A DNA stretch of 55,401 nucleotides, the filler included, from Sphacelaria rigidula (taxonomy: Eukaryota): the NCBI GenBank assembly GCA_964200075.2. It is 3 parts of 3 records of this genome, joined end to end, with 100 filler letters (N's around TTAATTAATTAA, not from the genome) between each part and the next. Parts side by side here need not be neighbours in the genome. Positions count along the whole stretch, not along the records: positions 18,507 to 36,908 come from CAXNAA020000866.1; 2 more parts are not named here. The stretch is one strand, 5' to 3'. Shown in pieces: positions 24,900 through 37,008 of the stretch (its first letter is position 1; each line of letters begins with the position of its first letter). Position numbers and translations under genes: made by a program. A model generated the notes under the pieces. That model had not been told where the DNA came from. It searched no databases and saw only the letters and a list, made by a program, of their open reading frames with translations.

Positions 24900-27800
24900 G
24901 ATGCAATCCCAAACCGGTCCGGAATAAACAGCATCATCGCCAGGACCGTTGCTGAAACACTTCTACACCCACACCACCGTGCCCAAACAAGGAAGCACAG
25001 ACACCCGCAGCACAAGCCCAACACGCCAAGTACCAGCTCTTGCCCGTCTACTGAAGCAATGTATGATCACGGCAATCCAGGCAGGAGTAGAAGAGGAGCA
25101 GCCGTGTGCGTGTCGATAACGTTGCTTTCGATGGAACCATTAGTCGTTTGTGCGTGTGATAAACGGCACTCATTCGACAGAACGCATCGCACCAATTTCA
25201 CCCAGGCCAAGAGCATCCATCAATGACTATCGCTCGAGCTATGTATTGTATATGGTGGGACAACGTGATTAGATATCGACGCTTGCTTGTGACAGGTGTG
25301 CACCACATCGAGAACCGTTGTACCGCTGTTCCATATCCTCCTTCAAGAGAAACGTGTAGTGAGTCGCCCGATTTCCGTCATTGAACCCCCAGAACATTTG
25401 ACACATATTCTGGCGAGCACGGGGCGTCATACCGCCCTGTCGTTTACCCCTCGTTTTTGGCTCCGTCTCGAAAGGGGTGCGTGGTCGATGATCACATGAC
25501 GAAGGCAAGCAACAAATGAGTTTGCCACCCCCCCCCGTTGTTCATTTCCTTTTCAGGATTAGCGTCAAGTGGCAACGGTGGTGTGAAGCACGCCACTCCC
25601 TGCGTTAGCCAGACAACCAGGTTACCGTTTTCTTTCAGTTGCGTCTATTTTGCGGTAACTATGATAGTGGTCGAGCTAGATCATATTGTGCAGAATGGAG
25701 AACCTCAGCTCCGCGCAAAGGGATGATCATACAGTACAGCGTTTGAATGGCGAGACATCCATGAGACTGTGAAACCCGTGGCCCTGCGTAGGTGGCGATA
25801 CCAGACAAAAGAGCAACTGATTGGAGGTTGTCACCTATATGTAATGGTAGTAAACAGTACGCTTCGGGCCCGAACAATCTTAGCAGGATGACACTCACCC
25901 TTCTTGCGACTCGCCGAATACACCACGGCGTTGTGCGCTTGGTGATTGATAGCGAGCCTGGTCAGGCGAAACCCTGACGTGCTCCGTCCCACCTTTGTAG
26001 GGATGTGGGGTCAACGATCCTCTGACTACTTTACGGCATTCAAGATAATGAGTTCACCCTCCGCCCTCCCACCTCTTGGCATTATCGACACATTCAATAT
26101 TTACGGGAAACCAAGATAGTAGGAACAAGGTCTCTGTAAGCCAGTGCGTTAGCTGCAGGGGTGATCCAACGTACACGGACGACTGGTTACTGTAAGTGCA
26201 CTGATCTTTCCGTGCACCATTTCTACAAGATGTGACGCGGTCCCCGGATAACTTCAAAGCCCAATCGCCTCATCGATCGCCTTTTAATCACTACACCAGT
26301 TCAAGTTCTTTGACGCGCCGTCAACATGCACCAGTATCTCGAAAAGAGGGTGCATCCTTGCTCTGGTTCAAGAAGCGTACCTTCAACACGTAGGTCAAAG
26401 GCTTTTTCATAAGTCTGATAACGTCCAGCAGCTTCACTACTTGGATTGAAACTACCCGCTGCCCGCCCCAAACTCCATTTAGATCCTCGGCCAGTTCCAC
26501 GGTTAGGACGAATCAGAGTTCATACTTCCTCTGTCTCATAAGTCTGCGCAGTTATGGACGTTTGGTCGTTTGGGGTATTTCAACGCTGAAGACCACACTA
26601 CAGTTGGGTTGGTTCGAGAGACAACGCGCAGATTGTTGTATTCACGAACCCCTGTTGAATGGAGAAAAGCAGGACACACCATTTTTTTATTGAGCTTGGA
26701 TTGATTTTGGTTAGATTCTCAGTTCTGGAAGGTTTGACACAGTTTCGGCCCACAAACAGGGAACGTTGCCGCCCTGTGTTTTGGAATTTTTCCACAATCT
26801 CACGGAGAGAAGTCTTCCACACTCCTCTGATTCGCCGGGCTCCGGGATTTTGAGACTGAGCAAAACTGCAACTGAACATAAAACATGTGAAGACGACGTA
26901 GAGGTTTCGAAAATATCACCGTAGTATATTCTCATGTCCAGTTGGAGTTTTGTTCAGTTCCATTCTCGAAACCTTGGAGCCGAGCGAATCGAAAGTGTGA
27001 GCTAGAACCCTCTCACTAAGGTGATGCAAAGCTTTTAAGGCACGTGATGGCGTTATTCCTGCTTGAGGTCGAAGCACTGTAGTACTGTCAAATGTCACCA
27101 ACTGGAGAATTCGCACAAAACAAATGCGAGTTCCACAAACGATGGCTTCGCACGCGGAAACTTCCTACTTCGTATGTGCAATAGATCACGTCCATTATCG
27201 AATGTACACCCTTCCAGTGGACGTCTACGCCCAAGACGAATTTCCACCTGGAATATTACAACAATATCCCAGATGGACTAGAGAGATACGAGACGGACGC
27301 CATAGGTGAATATCAGGTTAACAATAGACCTTAGCATAATTCTGCAAGGCTCGTAACGATCAGTACAACACACTTTCCGCTTCTCACGGTCATGACGTTA
27401 CCAGTGTGATATTTTCGTCGTCAACAGCTTGAGCACGGCCACACGAGCGGCGGCTATCGGAACCTTAATGGGTACCGTGAGGCGTGAAAATGTCACGAAG
27501 TGCATGTTACGTTGATGTCCGAGTGGATCTACGGAAGAGGTGAACATTTCCTTTCCGAGGCTGTTCACTGCCTTTTGACTAAAAAATCCATCCCTACCGT
27601 AAAATATCTCGTTCCATACTTTCTTGCAAGCAGGCCAAGATCTCAAATAACGTGATATTTAGTTCGGTGTGGAGACCCAAGACGCACGGTGCAAACCTGC
27701 TACCTCAGTGAAAATTACTCTACGGGTACCAACACGATTTCTACTGTAGCATGCGCGATCCGCGTACACAACGAGCAGAGCAGATCCTGCCGAATAACAG

Positions 27801-28880
27801 GGTCGGACACCATCGTATCTATGGTTGGAGGCTGGGCATTACCATAGCTCTATATCGGCCTGCTTTGTTTGCACCACTCTCTGACTGTTCCATGGTTCTA
27901 ACGTTACATCCGAAGTAGCCAACTTACCAACACAACGTTCAAGCAAGCACATTGTGTTGGTATTTTCAAACCATATCCCAACGCGGACGCCATTACTACA
28001 CGCCTGAAGGCTTCCATGTGTGTACGTGGGAGATGCACACCGCGATACAGCAACAGTACACTTGACCAGTTGACCTCTCGCAGGTCTTAGCGCGTACATC
28101 GATGGAGGGACAGAACTGACAGTAATCTTCGATTAATCTTCCCACCCTGCACCCGTGCATCATGTCCAATACGTGTCAGCAACTGTCAGCATACCTTCAC
28201 CCACCTCCACTGTACCGTGGCACAGCCCAGCAACCGCCACACAATCCCGTCGCGTGTACTAGCCAGAGTCACACGTTCAAGTCTTCTGCAGTGAGCTGTC
28301 GCTGGGGCGTTCGTTCTTCGTCTGCGTTTGCTCTGGACTTGCGGTCTGATTTTGGTCTGTGGGATGTGATGTGATGGGAGCTGGAATAGCCAACAACGAA
28401 GCATATACCCCGGCGCTCAATCCTGCGTTGCAAGTCGAAGATGCGCTTCTTCAGGGCTGTCGACCCCCCTCAAAATCCGTTTACCCGCAATCCCCACTGA
28501 ATGACCAACCTAGAACCGCTGGATATGCCCAGATCGACCTCTGGATATATCTCGTGTATCACAGGTAAAAGGGAATTGTTTTGCTACAAGTATAAAAGTC
28601 ACACACCCATACTACATAATGATCAGAAGTGTGGGGACGTGGGTTGTAGGGTATACCACCATTGAAGATGACGCGTGCGAGCAGAGAGGACGTGCTCAGC
28701 CATAGCGTCAAGCTTACTAGAGAGTAGTCGGTAATACTGTTCCGAAAGTTGCGTGTCAGAGCTCCGGCCATGTCGCTGTGCATGTACACGATACTTTATG
28801 CCGATTAAGGACCCCATGCATATGCATATGGTATGTGGTACCACTCAATTCACTATATCCTATTGGCAATCCAGCACCCA
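24900..28880 (+). pseudogene. Decayed endogenous viral element 1: Mononegavirales-like L polymerase, RdRp through PRNTase region
   Basis: Collinear motifs across stops and frameshifts: LKHFY/HP (about 24955), MEPLVVCACDKRHSFDR (25131), LRETKIVGTR (26101), FFISL..SSFTTW (26403), LEGLTQ (26725), TLEPSES (26971), CKAFKARDGVIP (27025), QSHT (28264), MPRSTSG/YLVYHR (HR at 28560), WYHSIH (about 28835). Catalytic motif C (GDN) not recognisable. Interrupted by retroelement inserts at 25457-26070. Confidence 0.6.
25537..26070 (+). mobile_element. 3' portion of a retroelement ending in a C-rich tail (long type)
   Basis: About 500 bp collinear with 50965-51468; ends atgagttcaccctccgccctccc. Confidence 0.75.
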
Positions 28881-30414
28881 TATCTCCGGCCGGCGTTCTA
28901 GAACATAGTCGCGATTCCCAGGCCAGCTTCAATCTGCCGGCGGCGTAACTATGTCAACGTCAAACGTCACGTAGATGATGGATAAAACGGGCGGAGGCGT
29001 GTGTGAAAACGGTCGGGCATCGCAGTCCGAAAATCGCCAGTTTCGATGTTTCACCCCAACTCAACGCTATTATCACTACTGGACATTTGGAGGTGAAACG
29101 CCATCGCACGTGGGACTGCGCAACCGTATATGACGGAACCCACCTATAGTTCCCTTCTCTAGCAAAATAAAGTCGCGGCACGAAACTTTTACTCGCCAGA
29201 GAGAGGCTCTTTGGCGTTTCTGCGGAGAAGCCTGGGTCTGTTTGACAGTCGCCCGTCCGCCGCTTACAATCAGGCACAAATACTTCTCAAGCCACTTGAC
29301 TTCTCGCTCCACCACTCGCTTTGCTGCTGTTCCTCAAGATTCCCGTTGCTTTGGGGGGGAGATACGCGTTGCCAGCATTCTTCACGCTTCTCCATCACCG
29401 CCTGCGGGTGAAATCGAATCGTAAAGAGCGATATTCGCAGCACTGCGCTGAAGGCTCCAGTGCTCCTTTTCCCCTTTTTTTGCAGACCGAAGCTGAAACC
29501 CTGCTGTTGCTTCGTACGGAGGCGTGTGCATACGCGGTAGCAGCTGCGTAACGGTTGTCAAGTGCGTTCAGTTTCGGTTTGACGTTTATTCAGCCGTCAA
29601 ACTCTAATCGAACGATAACCGAGTCAATCGCCGACAGCAGCTGCACAGAAACGCGGAGACACCATCGCGTTCGGTTTTTCGATACATCCAGCTGATAATG
29701 AAATCATGATCTGGCAAGTCGTGCTTTGCTGTGCTGTGCTGCACTGTACTGTTGGTGTTGGTGTTGGGTGTACCGCAGAGCTTGACAGATCTTGCGAAAA
29801 ATAGACGAAGACAACAAGATGGCACTCAAAACAAATGCTGAGTGACGCCTTCTCCTGCGGCGCAGTCCGTATATTTGTTGCATTCGCGAGAAATTCTGCT
29901 GATTCGATCAGTTATGATTGATTATCTCCAAGGTGTAGAGTTTCATGTTGATTTTCGCCTACTGTACTGTCCTGAGTCTACAAGTGCTTAAGGAGGCGTT
30001 TGTTCGGGATACATACATAATAAGATCTGACGCGGGCCTCCAACTTCATAGATATATACACGAGACAGTGTTAATGGATCCCTGTTACTTGTGCCCATGT
30101 TCGTCCTGCTATACAATGGTAACCATAGTCCTTTGACGAGATCGCTGTGCTGAGAACAAGCTCGTCGTGCTGACAAGGCTGCACGACGCGACTGGTGCTA
30201 GGTGTTGTGATTGGAGAAGACCCATACAACATGGGATGTGTGCAGAGCCAGCACAAGGGGCTAAACCTTAGTCAGGCAAGGATATCGAGTACGATCTGCT
30301 CTACTCCAAAGCTCAATGTCACCCGACAGCAGACAAGCCGTATCCATGGTCCCTTTTTTCGCACTTCCTCATCAGGGTGTCAAATACTTAACGGTCATTG
30401 CGTGCTCGTGGTAC

Positions 30415-30624
30415 TGTAATGCGTGGGAGGACCGCGTACCTTCCGGACCGCATCGGAATTTAAACACCCCAGGATCGGCGTTTTTCAAGACCACTCGGGC
30501 CAGTCCCCGCAGGGACCGCGCCCCTGACCCTAACCCCAACACTAACCCCAACCCCAACTCTGACGATACGAGTGTTTAAACTCCGATGCGATCCAAATAG
30601 CACGCGATCCTTCCACGCATTACA
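30415..30624. mobile_element. TGT...ACA MITE carrying telomere-like CCCTAA/CCCCAA units
   Basis: About 52 bp imperfect TIR beginning tgtaatgcgtg; flanks gtac / gcac. Confidence 0.75.
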
Positions 30625-31439
30625 GCACTATCGGTATTCATGGTGAGCACCCATGAACGCCCGTAGATCAGCTCATCATGACAACCCCCATGATTAGCTT
30701 CCAGATGCCCACAGCTGCTCATGGTTGCCCGTCGGAGGATTATCCCACGAACACGTTAGTGGCGTATCAGGGCGTCCTGATCTCTGTGCGTAGATTGCCC
30801 TCCATACAAGGAGCAACCAAAAGAAACCATAAGAACTCGCAGTCGAAGGGCTGGGAACCTGCATGGCGGTTTACCGACGCATTTGCGGGCGGGGCAAGGT
30901 TCAGTGGAATTCGGTTGTGCCAAAAACACTTGATGTGGTGCATTGTAATGCTACCCAGATCTGCGTGTGTAGATTCCCCTCTATACAAGGGACAAACACG
31001 AACAACCGTTAGAACCCGCGGTCGAAGGATCAGGAACCTGGTAGTGCACGCATATCCGGGCGGAGCAAGCCTCGGTAGAATTCACCCGAAACCACCGCTG
31101 AAACCCATGGTTGAAAGTACTCGCTCTTAGTTTGGCCACTCCTCCGGGCGGGCTACAGACACACGTGCTCGCCAGCATGTGAAACGCATGTTTCGGCTGA
31201 AACATTCCAACGATTACTTTTCCGACTACTACGATCTCTGCCTAAGGCCCGCCCGCGGTTATCGGTAGGCAGGACTGCGGGGAGGTTGAAGGTTAGGATT
31301 TGGGTTAAAAGTTGGCAAAAATTGGATATTATGCCAACCATAAACTCTTCGTCGTGACACAACATAACCACTGTATACGAGATCCTGACGTAATGTTCCC
31401 GTTTTCCAGACTCCCGATGGTGTTCGTATCGGGGGGTGT

Positions 31440-32320
31440 TGTAATGCGTGTTAGGACCGCGTGCGTTTTGGACCGCATCGTAATTTAAACACCCCAAGAC
31501 CGACTTGTCGGGAGGGCCGCACCAACCTCATGACTGCAGAGACCGCGCCCCGAGCAAGCCTAGGTCATGCATTTATCGAGCCAGGGGTAGCGAAGCCAGG
31601 CGAGGTGACCGGAACGCCACGGCGACGACGCAGTGTACCTCGAGAGGAAACAGAGCGAGGATTACAAAACTGCAAAATTCAGGCACCCGTAACTCGTGTG
31701 GAAAGCACTCTCGCATGCGGATTTTATGGTGAGAAAGTGTTGGCACCAGTGTATTTGAGGGAGGTGTCGGCGCCTACCGTGTCGTCATGACCGTATCGAC
31801 GAACTGATGCTCGGTACTTGAAGGTACCAGATGCCGCATGCAAACCACATTTTAGCACCTGTAAGTACCGAGCACACAGGTGGTCTCGGTATCTGGTACC
31901 TGTGAGTACGGAGCAGATGAGTCGTCTCAGTGTCTGGTACCTCCAAGCACTGATCATCAGTTCGTCGATGCGGTCATGGCGACGTTGTAGGCGCCGACAC
32001 CTCCCTCAAATACACTGGTGCCAAAAATCTCACCACAGTCCACATACGAGAGTGACTTCCACGCGAGTTACGGGTGCCTGAATTTTGTAGTTTTGTAATC
32101 CTCGCTTTCCTCCCTCTCGAGGCGCACTACGTCGTCGTCGTGTCGCTCCAATCACCTCGCCTGGCTTCGTTACCCCTGGCTCGATTAATGCGTTACCTAG
32201 GTTTGCTTGGGGCGCGGTCTCTGCATTCATGAGGTTGGTGCGGTCCTCCCGACAGGTCGGTCTGGGGGTGTTTCAATTATGATGCGGTCCAAAACGCACG
32301 CAGTCCTAACACGTATTACA
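31440..32320. mobile_element. TGT...ACA fold-back element with about 390 bp inverted arms
   Basis: 31440-31831 pairs with 31933-32320 around a ~100 bp spacer; same termini as the two short copies. Confidence 0.85.
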
Positions 32321-32456
32321 CTATTGCCGTGGCATTTCGAGATGAGGTGGTAAGCGGGGGTAGTAGTTGGCCTGGAACCAGTCGCCATGCAACTTCCCGT
32401 TGTTTTCCAAGGTATATCCCTGGGGCAACATCATTTCCTTGAGCGACAATTCATTC

Positions 32457-35400
32457 CTATGCAAACACGCATACGATTAGAAAGTGGATGGATAAAACGT
32501 GGAAGGTAAAAGGCATGTACGCCACCGTTGAGCTATTTAGTGTCATGGTTTTGTGGTACACGCAGTGATTCCGGTGCGGTGATTCGAGATTTATTGCGAC
32601 TGCGTCACCCGCAGTGACGCAATTGTCCCCACGCACACGAAACCTATCTGCTTTGGTTACTTGCAACAACTGAGCCGCATCGAACGGGGCACATGAAGCA
32701 GCATCCACGAACACGACCCGAAACGTGAGGTGAGGCAAGGCATTAACACTCCGCGCAACGATCACCCTGTCGCGTATAGAAAACTATCAGATCAGACATT
32801 TGCAGCTGACTGCGAACTACTATCGGATGGAGATACATTTACCCCAACTTGCCGCTGAAGTCCATGGTTGTTTGTCTTCGTTGAATTTAAAACTCTAAGC
32901 CTAACCCCATTACCAACCCAAGACATGGCGAGAATTCCCAGGCAAGGGGGGTACGGAGGTTGCTTCACGTACAAGGTGACTTGCCAATGTGGAGATACCA
33001 CAAAAACACTGAGCACCCCGCCAGCGCTGACGGAGTGGCTCAGTGCTTATTGTCGCCGTCTTGACACAGGTTAGCCGTCCCGGTGTCCATCCAAGCTGTT
33101 AGGCCTATTGATAACTTTGTTGAGACATCAGAAATAACCCCTGAGCCACTCTTTTGCACGTCAACATAAACTAGTCGCGGGATGCACTTGTCTCCATAGT
33201 CGTTCTTGGCCCAGTTCTTCTTGGTGAAAGCATAGGAGAGCACGCCGCGGTAAGCGGGTGTAAACGCGCGAGGCCAGAACAAGCACAAATCCCTACGCAG
33301 TAGCTGCATTGGTTACGGGTAAGACATCCCTGGGGCGAAACGGGAGTCTGGTCTACAGTCTTTACTTTTGTTATGATTTCACAATACCCACTGAGCGGCT
33401 CAGTGGGTAGTGTGAAACCGTTCCAGGGAGAGCTCAAATCGACTTCTCCGTCGCCGGTTTGAGCAAAAACGCGAGCTGGTATGCTGGCGAACACCTTCGA
33501 CTGTCAACCCTCACAATAAGCAAGCAGTTGTCGACCGTGGAATCTGGCGATCGGCTCGGGTAGACTCTACTGATCAGATAATGAACCTGTTTGCGCAATA
33601 AGCATTTCCATCTACTCAACTATCTTTCATTAGTACTGTTTTTGCGAGTTGTGCAAGTATTTTCTACTTGTAGATCAGCCGCTGTCATGAAACGTACAAG
33701 TGAGAGCACTTTTGAGGGCAAGCTATCATTTTCACATCGCGTCCTTTTCTCCACATCTGATACCAGTCAGCTACTCGGCTACGAAACAGTACCGCGTGCC
33801 GTAGCACCAGCACTCGAACCATGCTCTCTCGTTTCGAAGGACTAGGATAGAGATGAGCGCGTGAGATGATCGCCAATGCGCCAACAACCCTATGGACGAC
33901 TGACGAGCTAACGATCACCGACAGAAAGCGCAAGAGAGCCACGAGCAGTAAGGGTTACGCATTAGATGGAGGTTCCCGCCGTGCCCCGTGGGTGACTGGT
34001 ATATCCGTTCGAGGGTCAAGAAGGATTGCATTTATCGGCGGAATCGAGTGTTCGAAACGTGTTCATGGCTACCCACGAAGTACCATGGTCGACGTGATGA
34101 GTGGCCGCGAATCCCCACGGGCGGCCGCGACTGATGACGGACTGTACAGATATACTGCCCACGATTACTTTTGAGCAGGGAACACTAATTATGAATCACC
34201 ATCATTATCCGTGCGCCAACTTAGTCACGATTGTTTTGGAGGCGTAAATCGGTATCCCTGGATGCCCATGGATCCGGTGAGTGTCCATAGATATATTTAA
34301 GCCGCTCGTAACTTTCCATAGACCACGCAACGGAATTTGCGGACGCTCTCAAGTTTTGGGGAGGTGAGGCAGCAACCTGTGCAAAACAAAGGTCAACCAA
34401 AGTTTTCAATATCCAGGTCATCGGTGACGAACGGTATTACACTGGCTAGAGTGAAGATAAGGAATGACACATGTTAACATGATTGATTCCGCGCACAAGA
34501 ATCTAGATATGGTCGGTTGTTGACAGTGACCTTCAGTATGTTTGAACGTGACAAAAACAGAGCGAGGGAGACGCATGTCTGGAGACTGGACGATATGTCG
34601 AGGGTGGGGTTAGAGAGCTGCAACTTGCTCTTAAGCGCCAAGACATCCTCAATGACGTCAGGTGAGCTCATTGCATGTACTACCAAGAGTTCAGAAGTAT
34701 CACTATTCCAGAACTCACTTGACTCGCACTGAAACGTTTCTACGGAACGTATCCACGTACATGAAGAAAAACTCCAGGACGAGCTTTGCCAGGGGGGAAG
34801 TCGAAGAAGAAGTTTTGCAGTATAAGAGGAGCCGCATGTAGGGATCAGTTCTCAAAGCCGTAGTAAATGTGCATCTTGCAGCCTTGTTTAGTTCCCCTTG
34901 CGTTCACATCGTGAGAGTAGTGACAGGGTCATCACCAGATGTCGTTCAAGATCTCACCGGCGCCGTATCCAAGGAGGCCGTAGTAGGGTACGGTATGCAG
35001 TCAATGCCCGGCCTCGCAAGAACACAAGGTACCCCGGGTTGGCGTGCGAGAAACGTTTCCGAACGCCACCCGACACATGGTTCAAATGGGTACGCCACAA
35101 GAAAATACCAGTGAAAAGAGCTAACTCAATGTTTCAGGTCCTACTGCTCATGGACCTTCAAACGTTTAGTCTGGGGCGTAGCCAGGGTAGCTTCTTACCG
35201 ACGTACCCCATGCCATGATGGCTCTCTTGTGCCGTGCTTCTTGCTGTTGGACCCAGCATTGCTCTGACGTGGGGACGGCATCAAACTTGGAAGGTTGTGC
35301 ACGTATGTCTACCAGAGATGCAGCGCACCCTGGGCATATGTACCATCACGGCTACGCACATTTTTGCGTGGGGCCATCAGCGGTTGGGGTGAGCAAAGCG

Positions 35401-36800
35401 ATACCAAGCGCTGGGTCGTTCAGCGGTAGGGGGGAAAGAAAATGTTGCTGTCTGAATTACAGGACAACCGTGATTTGCTTCATCACTAATGCCGTCGTTC
35501 CCATTTACCGCCGACGGTTTTTTACCACTTTGAACCACGCTTCTAGAACGGTTCGGCTTCGAAACTGCAGAAGAGAGGATAGAGCATCGTCTCGGAGAGC
35601 AGTTTCATGGGTGTGCGCTGCCAATACCCCCCTCTGGTGTTGAGCGAATCCATAGACTTTTTGAGATGCAGTGCTAACGACATGATGTGGCGTTTCTTGG
35701 AGGTAAATCCCTATCATCATCAATCCATTTGAAGGCACTGGTACCGTGTTCGTCGGGGCGTGTTGAAGTCAGCGGCATGTAATACTCAACGCGCAACCTA
35801 GATTCCGCGGGTATAATATGTAAGGCATGATACATATATATAGTTGGCCACATTGCTCGAACATGTGCAGCACCGAGCATAACAAAATGCACACAGATAT
35901 ATATATATATATATATATGACATTGATCGTCTCTCTAGCAGAAACCTCCGAAGTATGTGTTAGCTGCGCCCTGTCACCTTCATCCAGGTCAAAGGTATAA
36001 GGGGATGAATAACAGTCAACATGCTCTTCGCACCCCGTTCCAGATGCTGCGGTGAATCTTCTGTGAGAGAGATGGGAGCAGTCGGCCTAATAAAGGATGT
36101 CCGGTGAGAGGCGACGAACGACCATCAGAATAGCGCAGCTGCACGCTAGCAAACCATAGATTTATATTTTTGCTTGCTCATGGTGAGTTGATAACGATAC
36201 GATGTTTTGGGTGTTATCGCGGACACCAACCCGGCTGTTGTGAAAACAGCTGAACCGTATCATCAAAGACAGCTCATGCTGCCGAACAGGCAAGCAGACG
36301 CGATGACAATGCGCCAGTTAATTCTGGGGAAAACGCAATGTCTGAACTACTACGCCAAATATATGCTTTCATTCTCCATATGGGGCGTATTTTGCGAAGG
36401 TGTTCGGATCCGCAAACGGTTGAGATCACGTACGCCGCATCGCTGCCGTGTGAAGACACCACCCCGAGTGATGAATTCAGGTCTTCCAAGAGGGTTATTG
36501 TCCAGGTGCGATCTGTGGAAGGGAGTACAAGGCTCTTGGTGCTTGAGTCGTGTCAGCATGGTGATGCCGTGCTATGATACGGACTTGCTCAATCATCTAC
36601 CGAATACAGGAACACGTGATTCTTGTCTATCATGTTGATTCGATTCATTCAACTTCCAGCGAGAGTTGTCAACCGGGCTTACATCCGCGTCTTCGTTCTT
36701 TCCAAAACACCGTGGTAGTTATGAGCGTTCAAATTCCTTGTTGCGAGCAATTTTCGACATCTGTATCATCACCCAGAAGCCATATCACCGGCTTACGGAT
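32457..36800 (-). pseudogene. Decayed endogenous viral element 2: Mononegavirales-like L polymerase, PRNTase through methyltransferase region
   Basis: Collinear motifs: CGSEHLRKIRPIW / KHIFGV (about 36415-36345), LFGSMS (G at 36283), LTG...KIHR (HR at 36054-36049), ETINVIY..HFVMLGA (split by a (TA)n run), MYHALHII (about 35835), then LVYVDVQ (D 33161), K (33061), WEF (E 32936) with methyltransferase-like spacing. Confidence 0.6.
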
Positions 36801-36841
36801 CGAAAAAATTTCACACTACAATCCCCCCCCCCCCCCTCATA

Positions 36842-36908
36842 TGCTCCGTCTCGAAAGGGATGCGTGGTCAATGGTCAAACGACTAAGGCAAGCAACAAAT
36901 GAGTACGC
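36842..36908 (+). mobile_element. GAAA-loop variant of the C-associated retroelement 3' end (also at 25457-25536 and 53401-53468)
   Basis: tgctccgtctcgaaagggatgcgtggtcaatggtcaaacgactaaggcaagcaacaaatgagta, preceded by a C run. Confidence 0.75.
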
Positions 36909-37008
36909 NNNNNNNNNNNNNNNNNNNNNNNNNNNNNNNNNNNNNNNNNNNNTTAATTAATTAANNNNNNNNNNNNNNNNNNNNNNNNNNNNNNNNNNNN
37001 NNNNNNNN
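36909..37008. other. Artificial contig spacer
   Basis: Identical 100 bp layout. Confidence 0.97.

Noticed and set aside
26760-26790. Minus-strand TQGGNV as RdRp motif C
   Set aside because: It is on the opposite strand to all other motifs of fossil 1 and lacks the catalytic Asp.
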